Shown in pieces: positions 1 through 7,024 of a stretch of DNA of 35,689 nt. The position numbers and the translations under genes are program-made. The notes beneath the pieces were generated by a model that searched no databases, had not been told where the DNA came from, and worked only from the letters and a program-made list of their open reading frames with translations. Every line of letters begins with the position of its first letter. The stretch's first letter is position 1. The DNA is from a virus (lineage: Duplodnaviria; Caudoviricetes). Location of the stretch: the IMG/VR virus record IMGVR_UViG_3300017963_000515, positions 1 through 35,689 of that record; one strand, written 5' to 3'.

Positions 1-154
1 GTCCCTGCTAACGCATTGTTTTGGGAAACTGCACGGGTATGGGGGTAAACTGTAGGAAATACAGCCACTTGCGCCGATAGCAGAAGCAGTTAGCCGGCGG
101 GGGCGTCCACAATAACAACGATTTAGCTCTAAGACACCGTCTCGACTAAGATTT

Positions 155-446
155 GGTCCTAGTTATCCTACTTTAAAAGTAAGGCGCCAACCAAAGTTGG
201 ACGTCGCACCCCCTTGTTTTTATTCCATAAACCTACTTGTCCTACTTGTCCTACTTTAAAAGGTAATTGGTATATATATACATATAAAATAGGGTTAGAC
301 ACCCTATAATACCCCGTGTGTGCGTGCTGTGTGTGTGTGGGAGCGAGTGAAAAAGTGAGTAGGACATTAGGACAAAAATTTATTTGAGAAACATCAGTTA
401 CTTGGCGCGTCCAACTTCCCTTTTGTCCTATTTCTAAAGTGGGACA
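155..446. repeat. Dyad-symmetric array of GTCC(T/A/C)A(C/T)TT repeats; putative replication origin or packaging-site region
   Basis: Tandem CCTACTTGT at 232-240 and 241-249 plus CCTACTTT at 250-257; inverted AGTAGGACA 358-366 and TTAGGACA 367-374; perfect inverted pair AAGTTGGACG 194-203 / CGTCCAACTT 408-417; imperfect pair 165-175 / 435-445. Function is inferred. Confidence 0.75.
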
Positions 447-473
447 CCTCAACAAACTAGGTATATTGTGTGG

Positions 474-502
474 TTGACATATGTGACGCGAAAGGTTATC
501 CT
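474..502 (+). promoter_or_regulatory. Sigma70-type promoter for the holin-HNH unit
   Basis: TTGACA (474-479), 17-bp spacer, TATCCT (497-502); about 30 bp upstream of ATG 533. Confidence 0.7.
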
Positions 503-518
503 GCGAATATTCGCAGGA
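499..518. promoter_or_regulatory. Perfect 20-bp palindrome, putative operator
   Basis: TCCTGCGAATATTCGCAGGA overlaps the -10 box and the predicted transcription start. Confidence 0.55.
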
Positions 519-532
519 CGAGGGGAACAGGG

Positions 533-754
533 ATGTCAGTCAAACTAACCACCGCCACAGGGACCGCCACAGTCGCAACCAACGCCGCCACGGCAGCCAT
601 AGGAACGTGGGCTATAAGCGATGTGGCTGCCGCAGTGGGCATATGCCTTTCTATATTAACGTTTGCCACACACGTGTACTTCATGCTCCGCCGGGACCGA
701 CGCGAATCTGAGAGCCACAAGCATAAAATGGGCGGTTCTCATGACCCGTCGTAA
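533..754 (+). CDS. Holin, phage 21 S / HP1-like (pinholin-like), 73 aa
   Basis: ATG 533 after purine-rich GAGGGG. AAAVGICLSILTFATHVYFMLRRDRRE resembles the S21 TM2/C-tail pattern (AAIG...LTYLTNLYFKIREDRRK). Confidence 0.6.
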   Translation: MSVKLTTATGTATVATNAATAAIGTWAISDVAAAVGICLSILTFATHVYFMLRRDRRESESHKHKMGGSHDPS

Positions 755-1082
755 ACGCATTTGCAATCGCGTCGGCTGTCACGCTCTCACCACCGAACGC
801 TACTGCCCTGCCCACGCCGACCACAAAGCCCCTCGAGCACCAGACTTGCGCGGGAGTGCCTCTAGCCGGGGCTACGGCTCTTGGTGGCGCAAGGCGCGCC
901 TCAAGCACTTGGCGGCCGAACCGCTTTGCAGGTACTGCATAATTGAGAGAAGAGTAGTGGCGGCCACTGTAGTCGACCACATTATTCCGCACCGCGGGGA
1001 CGAGGCGCTACTGAAAGACCCAGACAATTGGCAGAGCCTTTGCAAGCCCTGCCATGATAAGAAGACCCGCTCGGGCCTCTAG
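741..1082 (+). CDS. HNH endonuclease, HK97 gp74-like terminase cofactor
   Basis: N-terminal C-x3-GC...YCPAH, then RGYG-x-WW, EPLCRYC, VVDHIIPHRGD, NWQSLCKPCHDKKT. Start re-assigned to ATG 741. Confidence 0.9.
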   Translation: MTRRKRICNRVGCHALTTERYCPAHADHKAPRAPDLRGSASSRGYGSWWRKARLKHLAAEPLCRYCIIERRVVAATVVDHIIPHRGDEALLKDPDNWQSLCKPCHDKKTRSGL

Positions 1083-1522
1083 TTCAGTGTCTCTTCGACG
1101 AGGGCACTGCCCATTACGAGGCCGTTGTTGACAGTTACGTTACCGCTAAGAACGGCCCGGTAAGTAACGATCGAACTCCCGGTTAACGTCACGTGGTCTC
1201 GCACTATAGACGATCCCTCGACAATAGCAAACCCATTTACAACCACGTAGTCTCGCACTATAGAGTCATCGCACACTAGGGCATTGTCTGTTATGTGGGC
1301 GTCGCCCCATGCCTGAGCGTTATTAACCACGCAAGCTTGCTTGTCCACAACAACATCATCATGCGCCCAGCAGATTCCCTTATGCGACAGATTGTTGTAA
1401 GAACTGACGTACCCGCCCAAACTCCCGCTTTTGACCAAGCCGAAGCTGCGCAGCGCCCGAATGCGGTACACGCCCGGAATAGTGGGGTGGGCAATGCCGG
1501 TTATTTCATACTTTGGACTCAT
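1079..1522 (-). CDS. Phage protein with left-handed beta-helix-like hexapeptide repeats
   Basis: YRIRALRSFG...LGGYV...NLS..G.CW followed by x-x-A/S-x-V hexapeptide-like repeats; ATG 1522 with GAGGAG RBS. Confidence 0.75.
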   Translation of the reverse strand: MSPKYEITGIAHPTIPGVYRIRALRSFGLVKSGSLGGYVSSYNNLSHKGICWAHDDVVVDKQACVVNNAQAWGDAHITDNALVCDDSIVRDYVVVNGFAIVEGSSIVRDHVTLTGSSIVTYRAVLSGNVTVNNGLVMGSALVEETLN

Positions 1523-1670
1523 TTGGAGCGTCTCCTCGGTTGTACATAATTTCATCGCCGATTAGGTCGGCCAGCTCATCGTCAGCATATTGCAGGTGTG
1601 CCAAAAGCGCCGCGGTAGGTATGTGCTCTAAGCTCTGTATGCCCTCGCGGATTAACTCAGCTCTTAACAT
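1506..1670 (-). CDS. Hypothetical acidic protein (54 aa)
   Basis: ATG 1670 overlaps the end of the upstream ORF and the ORF overlaps the next gene start. Start is uncertain (GTG 1724 is an alternative). Confidence 0.5.
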   Translation of the reverse strand: MLRAELIREGIQSLEHIPTAALLAHLQYADDELADLIGDEIMYNRGDAPNESKV

Positions 1671-1830
1671 TTTTACGGTACCATTGTCGGCAAATACGTT
1701 CGAACTCGGCGTAATTGTCGCCACGGTAGGCGCTAACGGTAACCCCGTCCGCAGTAATTACGCCGCTGGCCTCGCGCACAAATAGAACTTGCTTGCGGAG
1801 ACCGTCGCTCAAAGTAGTTAATCGTTTCAT
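1657..1830 (-). CDS. Hypothetical protein (57 aa), not in the ORF track
   Basis: Translated by hand: MKRLTTLSDGLRKQVLFVREASGVITADGVTVSAYRGDNYAEFERICRQWYRKNVKS; GGGGA RBS; putative -10 element upstream. Confidence 0.65.
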   Translation of the reverse strand: MKRLTTLSDGLRKQVLFVREASGVITADGVTVSAYRGDNYAEFERICRQWYRKNVKS

Positions 1831-1994
1831 TAGGTTGTCCCCGTTGCGCTGTGTATAATTTAACTATAGCGGGCACTGGACGGGGCGTTAGACTTTTTGG
1901 TTATGGATACGTAAGCAATAAGATCGCGGCGGCCCGCCCGTGAACAAAAGCCATTCATGTGTCTAACCTCTTAACTAGGCTTGCATATGTTAGA

Positions 1995-2111
1995 TCAGCT
2001 AAAAAGGGCGTACACGCACCACCCAACTATTGCCACAATCGCCCATGTGATAAGGGCGGCAGGTTCCCCGGTAACGGGAGTAGATTGAGTTAAATACACT
2101 GTTTCGATCAT
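1995..2111 (-). CDS. Small single-TM membrane peptide (38 aa), not in the ORF track
   Basis: MIETVYLTQSTPVTGEPAALITWAIVAIVGWCVYALFS; ATGA overlap with the stop of 2108..2338. Confidence 0.55.
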   Translation of the reverse strand: MIETVYLTQSTPVTGEPAALITWAIVAIVGWCVYALFS

Positions 2112-2338
2112 AGGATAGGGCCCCCACCGCTAATTTGATACACTTTGACAATGCTTCGGGTTTGCGGGCTGTAGACGAACCGCACCCCCGCTGCTTTTGC
2201 TTCGTAGACCGCTTCGCGTGTGCTACTTATAATGAGCGTAGCTTCGCGCAGCACGCGCCGCAAGTTTTTATCTGTAAAAAGTTCTTCAAATTCCCGTTGT
2301 GCTTTGGGCATTATGTACGCCCGTGTTAAATCTATCAT
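2108..2338 (-). CDS. Hypothetical protein
   Basis: 76-aa ORF in operon context, coupled to the downstream peptide. Confidence 0.6.
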   Translation of the reverse strand: MIDLTRAYIMPKAQREFEELFTDKNLRRVLREATLIISSTREAVYEAKAAGVRFVYSPQTRSIVKVYQISGGGPIL

Positions 2339-2552
2339 ATCCGTATAACCTCACGTGGGCTTGTAGCCAGTTGGAACACACTTCGTAAAACTCGTCTGCG
2401 TCGCCGGTAAACCGTATGCGATTGCCGTACATTCTGCCGGCGCGGCACACTATGCCCCCGTGCGCCCCCAGTTGTACGTGGATAGTTTCGCCACACAGTT
2501 TAAAGCTGGCCGGCTTTCCTGTTTTAGGACACCGCAAAAACACTGCTTGCAT
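2286..2552 (-). CDS. Hypothetical protein
   Basis: 88-aa ORF, ATG with AGGAG RBS, downstream of a putative promoter. Confidence 0.7.
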   Translation of the reverse strand: MQAVFLRCPKTGKPASFKLCGETIHVQLGAHGGIVCRAGRMYGNRIRFTGDADEFYEVCSNWLQAHVRLYGYDRFNTGVHNAQSTTGI

Positions 2553-2590
2553 GTGAACGCTCCTGTGCGATCGTCATTGTTGACATTTTA

Positions 2591-2618
2591 ACTATAGTAC
2601 GGATTAGCCAAACCGCAA
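2591..2618 (-). promoter_or_regulatory. Putative promoter for the small-ORF cluster
   Basis: TTGCGG-16 bp-TATAGT on the minus strand; CTATAGTTAAA recurs at 1859-1869. Confidence 0.5.
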
Positions 2619-2623
2619 GCAAT

Positions 2624-4147
2624 TTATCTCAAAATCGGCGGCAACAAGTCATCTATTAAAAATAGCATGCCGCGTTTGCCGTTGCTGTATATAATGCAGT
2701 GCGCATTAGCCCACGAGCTGTAGCCCTGTGCATATTCCATGTCTGTTGCACTTGTGCCAACCTGGTAGCAACCCTTTTCTATTTGGGGGGTGTGTGAGTG
2801 GCCAATTACCGTCTTATGACCGGTGCGCGCAAAGCCAAGTGCGCTGCCCCGCGCCCCGTTGGGCCCCTTGTCGCCGTGCTGCGAGCAGTCAATGCCGGCC
2901 ACGTCAAACGTCTTGTTGCGGTCAGTAAACGTCACATGCGAGAGGTGCTGCTCGACAAATAACTTAAACAGGTTTTTGTCGTCTCGGCTGCGGGCCAGTG
3001 CGGCCAGCTCATAGTACAAGTCGAGGTTAGCCACGTCCCCGCCCTGAGGCTTAAAGCGGTTAAACCATTGCGTTAAATGCTCGTCGTGGTTGCTTGTGAC
3101 AACAACAGGATTCTTTTTTGCCCGCAAAAACTCTACCGACATCATCAATTCATCGCGGATAAATAGCTCTCGCGTCTTGGATTTGGCCATCTTAAAAAGC
3201 ACGTCTTTGTCGCTGTGGTGCGAGCCAATGTGATGGTCGTGCAGGTCGTGGAAAACTTCCAGTTTGGGCCGCAAACGACTTGCTGCATGTTCTAACAACT
3301 CGCGAGTTTTATCCGTTAAGAAGCGCACGTGAGTGTCGCCATAGACGATAGCTTCTGCTGCCGGCGCTTTGCGTTCCCCGCGTGCCGTGAAATAACGATC
3401 ATACAGGGAAAAACCGGTTCCGTCGTAACTTAACTCTGTGGACCAGAAGCGCTTGCCGGACGTTTCGACAAATACCGCGCCTATTTTGTGGTGGAATTCG
3501 GCTTGTTGGCCTTGTTTGCTGCTGCTGTAATGTTTGACGCTGATTGACCCAGTCGTTCGCAGCATTTTCGGCGCGTCGAGTTTGGCCGATGCTACGAGTT
3601 GCATTGCTACCTGGGGGTGCCCGAAAATCTCGCTTCTGCAGTCGCCCGCGTGGTTCATGCCGGAGAGTGGGCGCAGCGCAGTATATTGGATGCGCATTTT
3701 TCCCCGTACTACTAGCGTAGGGCACAACTCAACGTCGGCGTCCACGGTGTAGGGCAAGACTTCCGCCGGCCAGCTATAGGTGTGGGCGATCCCTTGATGT
3801 TTTAGATCCGGATTTTTATATACTCCCGGAATGACAAGCACGCACGCGTCCAACTCTTTTGCCATTTGCAGAAGGCCCAAAAAAGCGTCCTCAACAATTG
3901 GGGTGTCATTAACCGCGCTCGTAATAATGTAACGCTTATGTTTTTTAATCTTTGTTACTTTGGGCTTTGGGAGCGCCGGCGCTGGCGGCTTGTTTAGCGG
4001 TGCGGTAGTCCTAAACCCGCATTTGCTACAGCGATATCTGGTTTTTCCAGATTCGGCTTTTACTCGTTGCGGCAGCATTCGGTCGTTGCCGCATTCGGGG
4101 CAGAACATCCCTTCGGCGGCAGGCAGTCTAACTCGGCGATTAGTCAT
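2624..4147 (-). CDS. A1: T5 A1-like metallophosphoesterase-fold nuclease with N-terminal zinc ribbon
   Basis: CPECG...CSKCG; RYIITSAVN; YGDTH, HDLHD, SNHD, QHGDKGPNGARG, GHSH; C-terminal GYSSW..H.I.Y.NGKR, matching my recollection of T5 A1 along its length. Confidence 0.8.
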   Translation of the reverse strand: MTNRRVRLPAAEGMFCPECGNDRMLPQRVKAESGKTRYRCSKCGFRTTAPLNKPPAPALPKPKVTKIKKHKRYIITSAVNDTPIVEDAFLGLLQMAKELDACVLVIPGVYKNPDLKHQGIAHTYSWPAEVLPYTVDADVELCPTLVVRGKMRIQYTALRPLSGMNHAGDCRSEIFGHPQVAMQLVASAKLDAPKMLRTTGSISVKHYSSSKQGQQAEFHHKIGAVFVETSGKRFWSTELSYDGTGFSLYDRYFTARGERKAPAAEAIVYGDTHVRFLTDKTRELLEHAASRLRPKLEVFHDLHDHHIGSHHSDKDVLFKMAKSKTRELFIRDELMMSVEFLRAKKNPVVVTSNHDEHLTQWFNRFKPQGGDVANLDLYYELAALARSRDDKNLFKLFVEQHLSHVTFTDRNKTFDVAGIDCSQHGDKGPNGARGSALGFARTGHKTVIGHSHTPQIEKGCYQVGTSATDMEYAQGYSSWANAHCIIYSNGKRGMLFLIDDLLPPILR

Positions 4148-6354
4148 TATAAGTGCTCGCTATTTAGGTAGTTGTCTTTAATTTGTGTTTGCGTACCGTT
4201 AAAATCCGGATGGTCGGGCATCATCATGATTCTTGGGCGAACTCCCTCATCCAATACCGTGGTTTCTCTAAGGCGGCCGTTATTAGATTCTAACGCCGGG
4301 GGCGTTTCATAGCCCAGTTGTTTTAAAATTGGAACAAGGGCGTGCCCCGTGATACGAGAGCCTGTTTCCTTATAATACAATTTGCAAAGCCTTGGGACGC
4401 TAATATAGCCGCCACGAATGCCCGGCGCTTCGGAGTCTAGCAAATCCTTTAGGTTTTCTAAAATCTGGTTATTCTTTTTTTGTAGGGCTGGCTCGTCTAT
4501 CTGACTGCTTACGAGGTACTCTTGGTAGCACGTGGGCTTAGGTGCTTTGTTAGCGGTACCTTTAGTTGGGTCGTACTTGTCTGGTATGGTAAAATCTAGT
4601 AAATATTTATAGACCTTTTCCGCCCCTTGCTCGGCACGCATCCACGTAAACAAACGACGGAAGTATTCGTTGTCAAGGCCGTCGTCTAAAACGTCTTGCG
4701 CTTTCTGGTGGGGGGTAAAAATAACGGCTAGCCTGCGTTCATCTTCGTCCCCCACAATAGCGTGCTTGTGGTTGGTAGTCATCAAAAAATTAAAAAATAC
4801 TTCGTCCATGCGGGCCGTTATTCCCTTATCCTCGATTTCTAACCACGACGAGGTAACCAGCTCCTTGAATCTGTCGACGGCGTCCAAATCGTTGCCAATA
4901 AAACATTCTTCAACAATAATGAATAGCTTTCCTCGCAGCTGTCCGTTAAATCGACCTTTAAAAAACCTTTGTTTGTCTATGGAATAGCTGAGTCTCGGGC
5001 CCACAATCCTGCGCATTAACTCGCACAAAAACGATTTGCCGTTCCCCTTGGTGCCTTGAATGACCGGACACCAAGAAAATTTTACTCCGGGATATTGAAC
5101 GATGCCCGCCAAATACCCCATCATTATTAGCCTGTCGTGTTCCTCCGGAAAAAGTTTTTCCATATGATTTGTAAATAACGACACGTCCCCGCTTACCGGC
5201 TTAGTTAAGGTCGGAACATAAGAGTTAAGACACTTAACGCCGTCAACATCGGTGTAAATCCGGTCGGCCCGCTTAGGATTAAAGCGTAGCGCGTAAACTT
5301 TGGGCGCCTTGTAGCATCGAGAAAGCGTGAAGGCGTCAAAAGCCTTGTCTGTGGATCGTCCCCCCTCGCTATCTAACTCAAATACGTACCCACCCCAAGC
5401 CGAGTTGAATTGGGGCCGAGTATACTCAAGCCCTTGAGCGTCTACCACTTTATCGAGTTGTGTTACGTACGTGCAGCCCTTAAAAAACTCTAGCTGTTTT
5501 TCCGCAGGCATGTACTGAAACCCGGCTTTAATGTCTTCGGCAACTTCCTTTTTGTGGCTTTCACATGCTTTTGCCAACGTCTGGTTGCGGTAATCTTCTC
5601 TCTCCTCCCACTTGTCGCGCACAAGTTGCGAGAGACTAAAGTAATGCCGCACTTTGTCTTCATCTCCCTTTAGCCAGAAAGCCAAATGGTCACACAGGGC
5701 CATATCTGCAGCCGAATAATCAAAATCCTTGTCTGAGGTGTCGTGAGGGTAGACGCGCGCTAATTTTTCCGTTCGGCGAAAGAATAAATCTGCAAATGAG
5801 GCAGAGCCCCCTAATATTTGTTTTGTGCTGCCTTTTGCCCCGTACGCCTTTTTTAAAGCCGGTTCATCGGCGTAAGGCCCCCACCGCAACAGAAATTCAT
5901 TAATGTGGCCGGCGTCTTGTTTTTTAATATCTCCGCGTTTTTCGTATCCGGTAATCAGTATAAAACGTTTTTTGGTATAGAATTGCAAATGCAGAGAACT
6001 GTCTTTTTGTTTAACGTCGGTTTTGTGCTCAAACAGTTTAGACTTGTCGCACGTCCCTAGGATGTGATACCCGTCCCCGCTTACCGACTTTTCAATGTAA
6101 AATCCTTCAAAATGAGAAAGGATTTCGTCTTGCACCGCCGGGCTTTTGCTATACTCGTCTAGATCGACACAAAATAGGTCGTCTTCTTCCGTCAACACAA
6201 GGCCCACATACGGCCCAATCGCGGCAGCCTCGTTGTACTCCATCCAATTTAAACATTCGTGGGCGTTAATCGGCGCCCCAGAAGCGTTTACGGGGATTTT
6301 GTTTAGCCTTCCGTTGGTAGCGGGTTCGGTTTTAACAGGAATAAACTTTCGCAT
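4147..6354 (-). CDS. Primase-helicase (AEP/NrS-1-like prim-pol plus D5/SF3-type helicase)
   Basis: DLDE and SVSGDGYHI AEP motifs; DYSAADMALCDHLAFW...RDKW helical domain; Walker A GTKGNGKS, Walker B IIVEE, motif C MTTN. ATG 6354 in a TAATG overlap. Confidence 0.88.
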   Translation of the reverse strand: MRKFIPVKTEPATNGRLNKIPVNASGAPINAHECLNWMEYNEAAAIGPYVGLVLTEEDDLFCVDLDEYSKSPAVQDEILSHFEGFYIEKSVSGDGYHILGTCDKSKLFEHKTDVKQKDSSLHLQFYTKKRFILITGYEKRGDIKKQDAGHINEFLLRWGPYADEPALKKAYGAKGSTKQILGGSASFADLFFRRTEKLARVYPHDTSDKDFDYSAADMALCDHLAFWLKGDEDKVRHYFSLSQLVRDKWEEREDYRNQTLAKACESHKKEVAEDIKAGFQYMPAEKQLEFFKGCTYVTQLDKVVDAQGLEYTRPQFNSAWGGYVFELDSEGGRSTDKAFDAFTLSRCYKAPKVYALRFNPKRADRIYTDVDGVKCLNSYVPTLTKPVSGDVSLFTNHMEKLFPEEHDRLIMMGYLAGIVQYPGVKFSWCPVIQGTKGNGKSFLCELMRRIVGPRLSYSIDKQRFFKGRFNGQLRGKLFIIVEECFIGNDLDAVDRFKELVTSSWLEIEDKGITARMDEVFFNFLMTTNHKHAIVGDEDERRLAVIFTPHQKAQDVLDDGLDNEYFRRLFTWMRAEQGAEKVYKYLLDFTIPDKYDPTKGTANKAPKPTCYQEYLVSSQIDEPALQKKNNQILENLKDLLDSEAPGIRGGYISVPRLCKLYYKETGSRITGHALVPILKQLGYETPPALESNNGRLRETTVLDEGVRPRIMMMPDHPDFNGTQTQIKDNYLNSEHL

Positions 6355-6794
6355 TATCTTAAGTCCTCTAAACAAGTGACAAACCGGCCAATGCCGCCGG
6401 CCAGATTTACCGCGTGCAGCCAACGCGCTTGGGCCCGCTCATGCTCATTAATGGGTTTTGTCCAGCCTTTTTTCTTACATTCGATCGACGCAAATATGGG
6501 TTTGCCGTCCACAATCCTAAACCCTATAAAATCACTGCTTTTCATTCTCTTGCAGGATCTTGCTGAGCGGTTGCCCAAACCAAACCGTACAAGACGGCCG
6601 GTTGCATCTTTAAAGGCCCCGCTGTTATTGCGGAATAATCGGTAACCCAGCTCTGCGTGCCCCGCTTCAATTTCTTGTATTACCAAACTTTCTGAGCCGA
6701 CAACTTGAGAGTCGCCGGCTTGCGGAAAACATTGCGCAAAAAGTTCGTCGCTTAGTCGTTGCAAATCCCGTAAAGTAGCGCCATCTTCAGCCAC
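6354..6794 (-). CDS. VRR-NUC family nuclease
   Basis: ES.V...I, RLFRNNSG, SSDFIG, F.SIECK, Q.RW...V...GG. Confidence 0.82.
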   Translation of the reverse strand: MAEDGATLRDLQRLSDELFAQCFPQAGDSQVVGSESLVIQEIEAGHAELGYRLFRNNSGAFKDATGRLVRFGLGNRSARSCKRMKSSDFIGFRIVDGKPIFASIECKKKGWTKPINEHERAQARWLHAVNLAGGIGRFVTCLEDLR

Positions 6795-7024
6795 GTGTAC
6801 CCCCTTTCTCGGTCGAATTCAAAGTAGATCTGCATGGTGTCTAAAACCTCCTCGATAAATTCGTGGCGTTGTTGCTGTTTTAGTCGTTTAAAGTACCGAC
6901 GCGCAACAGTAAACCCCAATATCGAGAAAATTCCAAAATCCACGTGGCAGCTCTCTTCGTCTTTTAAGGACATTTCGAGCACGTCTGCGGTTTCTTTGGT
7001 TTTAAAGGTCAATATCTGTCCCAT
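6752..7024 (-). CDS. Hypothetical protein
   Basis: 90-aa ORF bridging helicase and nuclease with short overlaps; GAGGG RBS. Confidence 0.65.
   Translation of the reverse strand: MGQILTFKTKETADVLEMSLKDEESCHVDFGIFSILGFTVARRYFKRLKQQQRHEFIEEVLDTMQIYFEFDRERGYTWLKMALLYGICND

Noticed and set aside
1-120. cos site or terminal repeat
   Set aside because: A G-rich stretch at 35-45 is suggestive, but no repeat matches the right end and cos cannot be placed without reads.
155-446. Mini CRISPR array or the 95-aa ORF 168..455
   Set aside because: Repeats are about 9 bp, in both orientations, without regular spacers; the ORF's GQVGQVG simply reflects the DNA repeats.
1860-1958. 32-aa minus-strand ORF after a GAGG RBS
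   Set aside because: Very short, runs into a putative promoter and has no recognisable features.
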